Below, one piece after another: positions 57,375 to 64,000 of a stretch of 64,000 nt of DNA (position 1 is its first letter; every line of letters starts with the position of its first letter). The notes below the pieces were generated by a model. It had not been told where the DNA came from and ran no database searches. It was given only the letters and a program-made list of their open reading frames with translations. A program made the position numbers and the translations under genes. Source of the DNA: Poseidonia sp. (lineage in GTDB: Archaea; Thermoplasmatota; Poseidoniia; Poseidoniales; Poseidoniaceae); the NCBI GenBank assembly GCA_038127845.1, contig JAYPIL010000001.1:7960-71959 (forward strand). The letters run 5' to 3'.

Positions 57375-58974
57375 CCACCGAGGTTGGACCGCGTTCACCG
57401 TCGACAAAGTATTCCCATCCCGATGCCGACGTACCGTTAATGGCCTCAACATAGACGCCGATGGCCGTTGATTGAAGCGAAAGCGAGAGGTCCAAATCCT
57501 GACATGCGGCTTCCGTGAGTTGAAGCACGGTTTGATGACCAACAAAACCACCGGCCACGAGGGAATGGCCCCCGAATTCAATCACCACGACTTGTGTACT
57601 CCTCCAGGAATCGGGCCAGGTTTCGTTCCATGTGTCTTGTTCCGAGGTTGATTCAGGAGAGGTCACGAAAGCATTCCAAGAAGCGGTCAAAGAGGGAAGC
57701 ATCACCAAAGCAAGACCTACAAGCACGACTGAAAGCCAGCGCCAAGCGGCCACGGTGCTCCGTGTGGATGCAAGTCCGGCAACGGCACCAAGCGAGGTGA
57801 TCAGAATCAATGCACCGAACACGTCGGTGATACTGGATTCCTCCGGGTTCACCACCGATTCTTCGTCCAACAACGCCATGAGGACACCCGCATCGTTTCC
57901 GAGGAACATGTGGCCGTTCACCACCTCGGGAGCCGCCGTACCGTACCCGTCATAGGGCGTGGTCAGCGTCATCAATTCACTGAGGACGCCGTTCTCATCC
58001 ACCGAAACGGCCATCCAGCCTCCTTTCACGGTGTTCACGGGGGCATGGAGAACGGTAGGCGAAGTCCACGCCATCTCTCCGTTGATATGAGCACTGACCG
58101 ATGAGGCGATGGCACACGTTTCCGAGCACAAAACGGAGGTCATGTTGAGGCTATCTGCAAAAATAGCCCCACCGTCAAACATCACCGGGACAGCCGGGGA
58201 AGGCCCCAGCGATGCGATGGTGGTCTGTTCGAGAGAGGACACATCAACCGCCACAAGTTCGCTTGCAGTGGAGGTTTGAGCGTGCACGAGAAGTGTATCG
58301 CCAACGAACAGAGGTGCATGGCGCAACGAGCCAACGAGGGTAAGCGATTGGTTCACGACACCTTCCCTGTTGACGTGCCACAAGCGTCCCTGCTCGTCGC
58401 CCATCCAGAAGCCTTGCGCGGTTGCAGACACTCCGTTTCGCCACCCGAGTCCCAATTCAACTTGGAAATCAACGGCCCCGTCGGCCAAACAATACCGGGC
58501 CATGCCGTTGCGCAACGGAACGACCACGTGGTCACCGTCAAGCAGGGAACGGCCCGTAATTCCCCAGCCATCCACGAGCGTGTGAACCGACCAAACCAAG
58601 GTTCCGTTCTCCGGGTGATGGGCGGTGTACTGGCCGTCTGCCCAGCCCACAAGAAGCAACTCAGGCCACACGCCGCAAGGTCCCTCGCCACCAGAGACGA
58701 GCATGAGCGGCGCCATGTCGTGCTGGGTTGCGTTTGGATTGGTGTGTTCCCAAAGAAGGGCGCCGTCATGGTCGAACGCCATCACCTGAGGGCGTTCTTC
58801 ACCGGTCCAAAATCCAGAGGTTCGAATGAAGACACGGTCTTCATCGGCCACAGGAGAGGTGGTGATGTAACCGGGACCAACATCTCGCGTCCAATCCGGC
58901 GCAGCCATGCTGGCGGTGGTTGCAGGAAGCGAGACAAGAACGATGAGCAGAACAACGAACACGATTTGCCGCAT
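57325..58974 (-). CDS. Secreted PQQ-like beta-propeller protein with a TM segment and a C-terminal DUF4430 (transcobalamin/intrinsic-factor beta-domain-like) module
   Basis: Signal peptide 'MRQIVFVVLLIVLVSLPATTA'. Repeated '..DG.L.W....' beta-propeller strands. TM 'VFGALILITSLGAVAGLA..LSVVLVGLALVML'. The C-terminal 'GTSASGWEYFVDGERGPTSVDDAAVDGASVLVWRL' matches the DUF4430 consensus ('gW.Y.VNg......a...v.dGD.i.w'). Confidence 0.6.
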   Translation of the reverse strand: MRQIVFVVLLIVLVSLPATTASMAAPDWTRDVGPGYITTSPVADEDRVFIRTSGFWTGEERPQVMAFDHDGALLWEHTNPNATQHDMAPLMLVSGGEGPCGVWPELLLVGWADGQYTAHHPENGTLVWSVHTLVDGWGITGRSLLDGDHVVVPLRNGMARYCLADGAVDFQVELGLGWRNGVSATAQGFWMGDEQGRLWHVNREGVVNQSLTLVGSLRHAPLFVGDTLLVHAQTSTASELVAVDVSSLEQTTIASLGPSPAVPVMFDGGAIFADSLNMTSVLCSETCAIASSVSAHINGEMAWTSPTVLHAPVNTVKGGWMAVSVDENGVLSELMTLTTPYDGYGTAAPEVVNGHMFLGNDAGVLMALLDEESVVNPEESSITDVFGALILITSLGAVAGLASTRSTVAAWRWLSVVLVGLALVMLPSLTASWNAFVTSPESTSEQDTWNETWPDSWRSTQVVVIEFGGHSLVAGGFVGHQTVLQLTEAACQDLDLSLSLQSTAIGVYVEAINGTSASGWEYFVDGERGPTSVDDAAVDGASVLVWRLA

Positions 58975-58981
58975 CGCTGGC

Positions 58982-61000
58982 TCACTCCATCACCGATTGA
59001 ATCGCAGCCCGCAACAATGCACTGACCTCTTTTCCATCGGCTCCACCGGCAGCCTGCATGACGACACCCATCAACGGACCCATTGCCCCCATGCCCCGTT
59101 CCTTCACGAAGTCGAGTCGTTCTGCGACGATGCCGTTGATGATGTCCTCCAAACCACCGAGGTCAGCCGGAGCCAAGTCGTTTGACTGGCAATAGGCAAG
59201 CAAGGCCTCGTACGGAAGGTTCTGGTCTTGGTGCTCAAGGATGACCGTGTCCATGTGGTCCCTTGCCAACGCACCCTCCTCTTTGAGGCGCAATACATGG
59301 GCGAGAAGCGTTGGAGAAACCGTATCGTGATTCAACAGCAAGGCCGCCCATGCCTTGGCAGGGAGATGGTCGGCATGTTCGCAGAACACATCATCCAACT
59401 CCCGGGCCAGAAGTTGGTCTGCTTGGTCCTCCGAGATACCGTAGGTCGAAAGGCGGTCTGCCCGTTCGGCATCTGACATCGGAAGACGGGAAAGGACATC
59501 CTCCCATGTTTCCTTGCTCAAAGGGAGAGGAGGGACATCGGTTTCTGGATACATACGAGAGCGCCCCGGAAGAGGGCGCATGGGCGAGGTCGTTCCGTCC
59601 TCAGGAGCGCCTTTCTTCACGACCACGTTTCGAACCTCTTGGGGTGTTCGATGCCAGGCAAGACGAGCGCGGTTGACCACCGCTTCAAGCGCCAGTGTGG
59701 CTTGCCAATCGGGTGCGCAACACAGCACGAACGCATCATGCTCACCAAGTTTCAGGGATGCACGCACCGAAGCCACTTCGTCAGCCGTGATGCCGTAGGC
59801 CGGAAGTTCATCGGCATGGAAGATGCCTTTTACACCAGCAAGTTTCGCAGCACCGGCCAACTCACGACCCAAACGAGGAAGTTGGGCGCCCTCTTCATCC
59901 AGTTTCTTGGTGCCAAGGTGCCCCAACAACCCAGAAAGAGGGAGCGCCTTCATGACGGCTCCGTTGGCCATGCTGTCTGCGATCATGGAGGACTCGGTCG
60001 ATGAGAAACTGTCGGAAACATCCTGCAGTTTCAGCGGCAGAATGGTTTCGACCGCCTGAGCAACGCTTGATTCGGTTGCCTCATCGTCAAGGCTGCGATG
60101 CGGTGGCAGTGGAGGGAAGTCGTGGGCTGCTCGGAGCGTGTTGGCGAGCCGATAGAAGTGCAACTGACGGGCCATCTCCAACCGAATGATTCGGGGAATC
60201 CAGCCGAGGTCTTGACAGCCCTTGATCTCCACACGGTCGCCTGCACCGATGGAGACGTTGAGGTCCTGTCGAATGCTACCGAGCCCCCGCCGTACCCGTC
60301 GTGTTTGTCGAAGGACACGGCCCAAGGCCATGGCCGTGGACTTGGCATGGTCGGGCGAGACGATGTCGGGCGATGTGGCGATTTCAATCAACGGAAGACC
60401 AAGCCGGTCAAGATTGTAAATGACCTGTTGCCCGGTAGGGGTCACGACGGTGTCGAGTTTTCGAGCACTGTCCTCTTCCAAACAGACCACGTCAATGCCG
60501 ACCTCGCCTTCCTCAGTTTGAAGCACGCCGTCGGTAGCGATGAGCGATGTTCGTTGGAAACCACTGGTGTTGGAGCCATCAACCACCGTTTTTCGCATGG
60601 TTTGAATCAAGGAAACGGGTTGTGCCTCAAGCAGCGCAGCCACCGTCAAAGAAATGTCGACCGCTTGCGAATCCAATTCCACGGGAGGTTGTTCATCAAG
60701 TTCAATCAAGCCTGCATTGGGTGACTGAGCGTAGACGAAACTCCGATTTCGTTTGGACTCAAAGCGTGCGGCGACATCAACAGCGCCCCCTTCACCCCGA
60801 GAAGCGCGAAGACGGCGTTCAAACCTCGGCCAGTCCTCCGGAAGCGTCTCAATCGTAATGTCGTAGAGCTCCCCGCTTTGACGCGAATGAAGTTTCCCGG
60901 TTGCCAATTGCTGATGGACTTCAATACCGCACATGAAGCCCAAGGCCTCGGGAATCAAGGCGTTGGCCTGATGAACTTCGCCTTGAGGTTCACCGGCCAT
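58982..61000 (-). CDS. gatE: Glutamyl-tRNA(Gln) amidotransferase subunit E (archaea-specific)
   Basis: A 672-aa protein. The N-terminus 'GFMCGIEVHQQL' and the overall GatE architecture are present, including the C-terminal YqeY-like tail. Confidence 0.85.
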   Translation of the reverse strand: MAGEPQGEVHQANALIPEALGFMCGIEVHQQLATGKLHSRQSGELYDITIETLPEDWPRFERRLRASRGEGGAVDVAARFESKRNRSFVYAQSPNAGLIELDEQPPVELDSQAVDISLTVAALLEAQPVSLIQTMRKTVVDGSNTSGFQRTSLIATDGVLQTEEGEVGIDVVCLEEDSARKLDTVVTPTGQQVIYNLDRLGLPLIEIATSPDIVSPDHAKSTAMALGRVLRQTRRVRRGLGSIRQDLNVSIGAGDRVEIKGCQDLGWIPRIIRLEMARQLHFYRLANTLRAAHDFPPLPPHRSLDDEATESSVAQAVETILPLKLQDVSDSFSSTESSMIADSMANGAVMKALPLSGLLGHLGTKKLDEEGAQLPRLGRELAGAAKLAGVKGIFHADELPAYGITADEVASVRASLKLGEHDAFVLCCAPDWQATLALEAVVNRARLAWHRTPQEVRNVVVKKGAPEDGTTSPMRPLPGRSRMYPETDVPPLPLSKETWEDVLSRLPMSDAERADRLSTYGISEDQADQLLARELDDVFCEHADHLPAKAWAALLLNHDTVSPTLLAHVLRLKEEGALARDHMDTVILEHQDQNLPYEALLAYCQSNDLAPADLGGLEDIINGIVAERLDFVKERGMGAMGPLMGVVMQAAGGADGKEVSALLRAAIQSVME

Positions 61001-61048
61001 GATGCGGGGAGGCGTTCACCCTTCATGAGGACCACCCTCGCCTCGGCC

Positions 61049-63178
61049 TCAAACCAACTGCAACGTGTCGTATCCGGACGGGCGCATCATCCGACCGTCA
61101 CGGCATAATTTGTCGATGATGTCTTCGGCCTTGGCTCGGGGAATGTCCTTTCGCTCAGCCTCAGTCAGCACGTCCAGGAGTGCGGCTGAGGTACCTGAAT
61201 CGTTCTGCAACACTGAAACAATGTCCATGATGGCTTTCTCTTGGTTGCGAACCTGGCCTTTCTTTCCAGATTCAATGGTGGTCAGGTCGAAATCTTCGCC
61301 CATCAATTCGTGACGCCACGTTTCCGTCAAGCGAATGGCCCGTTCAGCATCCTCGAGCGTGGCCGTGTTGGTCAAACGGATTCGAGCACTGGCTTCTGCA
61401 AGGCGAGAAAGCGCCTCCAGCGAACGGGCGGTGATGGCGACGCTGTCCTGAGATTCACCGCCTTTGGTTCGGGTCTTGACATAGTAGGCGACGATTTTCG
61501 CACGGGCCTCGTCGTTGAGCGCAGGGTGGAAGTTTCGCTTTGAATAGGCGACATACTTTCGTAAGACGTCGCGTGGAAGTTGCAGATACTTTCCGTCCTT
61601 TTTCACCTCGGTGGACTTGCTGGCCGATGAACGGGACGGGTCCGGTAGTTTCCCTTCGCTGACAAGCAATTCACTGCTTCCCTCAACCCGTGTTTTGATG
61701 ATGTGTTCTGCAATTTTTTCATCGTTCAATTCATCGGGCGTGTCGGTCAACAACCAAATGATGTCAAAGCGGGAAATCAGCGGTGGAGCGAGATTGATTT
61801 GGGCCGTAAAGGGGCGGTCACTGAGCGGCTGAAATCGTCCGCTCGACGGGTTGGCGGCCGCCAGCACCGCACATCGTGTTCGAAGGCTGGCGTTGATGCC
61901 CGCTTTGGAGATGGAGATGGTTTGCTGCTCCATGGCTTCGTGCATGCTCGAGCGGTCGGCGGTGTTCATTTTGTCAAACTCGTCGATGGCGGCAAGGCCA
62001 AGGTCGGCCAAGACAAGCGCACCCGCTTCGAGCGTCCATCGACCGTCTGCGCTCGCATCTTGAACAGCAGCAGCCGTCAATCCTGCAGCGGAAGCGGACT
62101 TTCCTGAAGCGAACCGTCCTCGTGGTGAGATGGTTGACATGTAGTGGAGAAGTTGGGATTTCGCAACACCGGGGTCACCCATCAGGAGGATGTGAATATC
62201 ACCTCTGTTTCTTGTCCCGTCTTCGTTAACCTGAGCCTCGCCGCCAAACAACTGGAGCATCAACGATTCTTTGACCCGCTCCATGCCGAAAATGGACGGT
62301 GCGATGCTACGAATCAGCGTATCGTAAACGCCAGGGTCTTTTGCGATTTCTTTGATCTCGTTTTCTTCTTCTTCGGAGATGACGATCTCCTCAAGGGGAA
62401 TGTTCTGCCGCTCAAGCGAATGAATGCGCAGGAAGATGTCGAACACAGGCGTGTCTTTGCCGCCTTTCCGCTGGGAGCGAATGAACAGGACGCCGTTTGC
62501 TTTCACCCGGTCGCCCGGATTGAGACGCCCTGCAAGGTCTTGTTCTGCGATGCAAACAATGCGTTCTGGTTGAATGCCACCTTTCATCTGCTCGGGAAGT
62601 TCCTGAAGTTCAATGAATTGAGAATTGATGAGGTGAGAGGATTGCTGCTGAAGCAAAAACCGCGTTTGTCGCTTGGGCCGTCCGCATCCGCCTTCGATTT
62701 GTGAACACTCGAGCGGTTCGATCAGTTCTTGCTCGTTGGGTTGCGTGATGTCCATGACATGGCCGCAAGCGACGCATTCGAAAACAGCCGTGTACAAGCG
62801 AGGACGTACCCCTGAAATTTTGGTTGTCACGGCGTCGATGGCGATTAACCGGTCAATGTCGGCTGCACGGAGTTGGGAAACCGTTCGCACTTGGTCGGGC
62901 GGCAGGTGCATGATGCGAACAAATGGCAGAATGTTGCCCGCTCCAACATCGAGCATGAACTGCTGGAGCGCTTTGTTGGCGGCTTCAAAGTGAAGGTCGG
63001 GTTTGGCCAGAATATCCTGCGCAAATTCATGGTCGTAGCCTTCCACTTCACGGTAAGAAACTTCCAAAGATTCAATGTCGGGCCACATTTTTGAGAGGTT
63101 GTGGATGGCTTCGGAATACTTGTCTTGGAACAGCGAAGTCCAGCGAGCGGGAAGGTCAAATTCTTGAATCGCTGACAT
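61049..63178 (-). CDS. mcm: MCM replicative helicase
   Basis: Zn finger 'CVACGH...CSQIEGGCG', Walker A 'GDPGVAKSQLL', Walker B 'IDEFDKM', and arginine finger 'SRFD'. The start is taken at ATG 63178 (MSAIQEF..). Confidence 0.9.
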   Translation of the reverse strand: MSAIQEFDLPARWTSLFQDKYSEAIHNLSKMWPDIESLEVSYREVEGYDHEFAQDILAKPDLHFEAANKALQQFMLDVGAGNILPFVRIMHLPPDQVRTVSQLRAADIDRLIAIDAVTTKISGVRPRLYTAVFECVACGHVMDITQPNEQELIEPLECSQIEGGCGRPKRQTRFLLQQQSSHLINSQFIELQELPEQMKGGIQPERIVCIAEQDLAGRLNPGDRVKANGVLFIRSQRKGGKDTPVFDIFLRIHSLERQNIPLEEIVISEEEENEIKEIAKDPGVYDTLIRSIAPSIFGMERVKESLMLQLFGGEAQVNEDGTRNRGDIHILLMGDPGVAKSQLLHYMSTISPRGRFASGKSASAAGLTAAAVQDASADGRWTLEAGALVLADLGLAAIDEFDKMNTADRSSMHEAMEQQTISISKAGINASLRTRCAVLAAANPSSGRFQPLSDRPFTAQINLAPPLISRFDIIWLLTDTPDELNDEKIAEHIIKTRVEGSSELLVSEGKLPDPSRSSASKSTEVKKDGKYLQLPRDVLRKYVAYSKRNFHPALNDEARAKIVAYYVKTRTKGGESQDSVAITARSLEALSRLAEASARIRLTNTATLEDAERAIRLTETWRHELMGEDFDLTTIESGKKGQVRNQEKAIMDIVSVLQNDSGTSAALLDVLTEAERKDIPRAKAEDIIDKLCRDGRMMRPSGYDTLQLV

Positions 63179-63366
63179 GGTGTTCACCGCCGGGAGATTG
63201 AACAACATTGGCGACGGGATATAACGGTTGTTCGGGAAAAAAAGCACCCCCTCGTTTCCACTGGAAAATCGCATCACTGCAGCCCCTGTTTTTGTCAACA
63301 TCGGGATGACGACTGGAAACGAGCCGTGCAGAAGACATCATGGAGCGAAGCCGGCGTTGGAGAACC

Positions 63367-63975
63367 ATGAGAGTGACCTTCGCCCACGGACTTTGGAGCG
63401 GACCTGCCAGCAGCAAAGCCGCATGGATGCGAGCACAAGGATGGGACGTGGTCGCTTTGGACATGCGGAAATTCGGCTGGGACCAAGCCAGCCAGACCCG
63501 AGCGGTGCTCGAAGCCATTGACGAGCAGGGGCCCTTTGACCTCCTCATCGGTTCCTCCTTTGGCGGCCTTGCGACGGCCAATGCAGCTGCTCAACGCCCA
63601 CATCACCCGCTCAAACTCGTGTTGTTGGCCCCTGCTTTTGGCTATCCTGAATTGGTTGCTTCGACCCTCGGGAAAGAGGCCATGGCCCGCTGGGAGGACA
63701 CGGGTGAACACGCCTTTCACCCACCCGGCTGGGATGAACCGATTGTGATGCCCTGGTCCTTTGTTGAAGCGGCCCGTCCGTTGGCTTGGCCAGCGCTGCC
63801 GCACCCAACGGCCATTCTCCACGGTGAAGAGGATGATGTTGTCCCCTTGGCCAACAGTCAACGCGCTGTTGCCAACAACGACGGTGTTCATCTTGAGGTG
63901 GTGAACGATGGTCATCGCCTTCACGCCAGCCTCGAGCACCTGCTTCCGTTGGCGGAGCGTCTGCTCAATGCATGA
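63367..63975 (+). CDS. Alpha/beta-hydrolase (YqiA/UPF0227-like esterase)
   Basis: Nucleophile elbow 'LIGSSFGG', 'HGEEDDVVP', and a C-terminal His. About 200 aa. Confidence 0.65.
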   Translation: MRVTFAHGLWSGPASSKAAWMRAQGWDVVALDMRKFGWDQASQTRAVLEAIDEQGPFDLLIGSSFGGLATANAAAQRPHHPLKLVLLAPAFGYPELVASTLGKEAMARWEDTGEHAFHPPGWDEPIVMPWSFVEAARPLAWPALPHPTAILHGEEDDVVPLANSQRAVANNDGVHLEVVNDGHRLHASLEHLLPLAERLLNA

Positions 63976-64000
63976 GGGGTCAACGATAGCATCATGAAGC

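Noticed and set aside
1-64000. CRISPR arrays, tRNA/rRNA genes, integrases/transposases, toxin-antitoxin pairs
   Set aside because: I scanned the intergenic spacers, which are few and mostly under 100 bp. There are no direct-repeat arrays, no cloverleaf-compatible segments, and no recombinase or transposase motifs. The PIN domain belongs to a 1149-aa protein, not a small VapC toxin.

Overview
The window is a gene-dense (~90% coding) chromosomal segment of about 58% GC that is almost certainly archaeal. The evidence is an MCM replicative helicase, the archaea-specific GatE subunit of Glu-tRNA(Gln) amidotransferase, two tandem archaeal/eukaryotic-type Pth2 peptidyl-tRNA hydrolases, an archaeal-type phosphatidylserine decarboxylase, and a TFB-like zinc-ribbon/cyclin-fold protein preceded by an AT-rich TATA-box promoter region. 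The gene content resembles planktonic Thermoplasmatota (Marine Group II / Poseidoniales-like), but that placement is inference, not a search result. I found no rRNA or tRNA genes, no CRISPR array and no integrase or transposase. Housekeeping genes include icd, a purine permease + apt salvage pair, fused NADP-malic enzyme (MaeB), pabC-pabB/A, a YchF-like GTPase, RlmH, proline iminopeptidase, threonine aldolase, and a PduO-type cobalamin adenosyltransferase. Seven regions have no obvious characterized archaeal counterpart and deserve a second look: (i) an AddAB-like helicase-nuclease pair (1662 + 1246 aa) in which both subunits carry Cas4-like cysteine-ligated nuclease domains. (ii) A 1149-aa protein with a C-terminal PIN nuclease domain, next to a retropepsin-like aspartic protease. 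(iii) A 2774-aa membrane-anchored surface protein built from beta-propeller (Reg_prop-like) repeats. (iv) A polytopic membrane protein ending in two canonical EF-hand Ca-binding loops. (v) A secreted PQQ-propeller + DUF4430 (transcobalamin-like) protein next to a possible ECF S-component, a candidate surface B12-capture module. (vi) An 801-aa W/R/H-rich orphan protein. (vii) A divergent TFB-like paralog. All functional calls rest on motif recognition by eye; none was verified by a database search.
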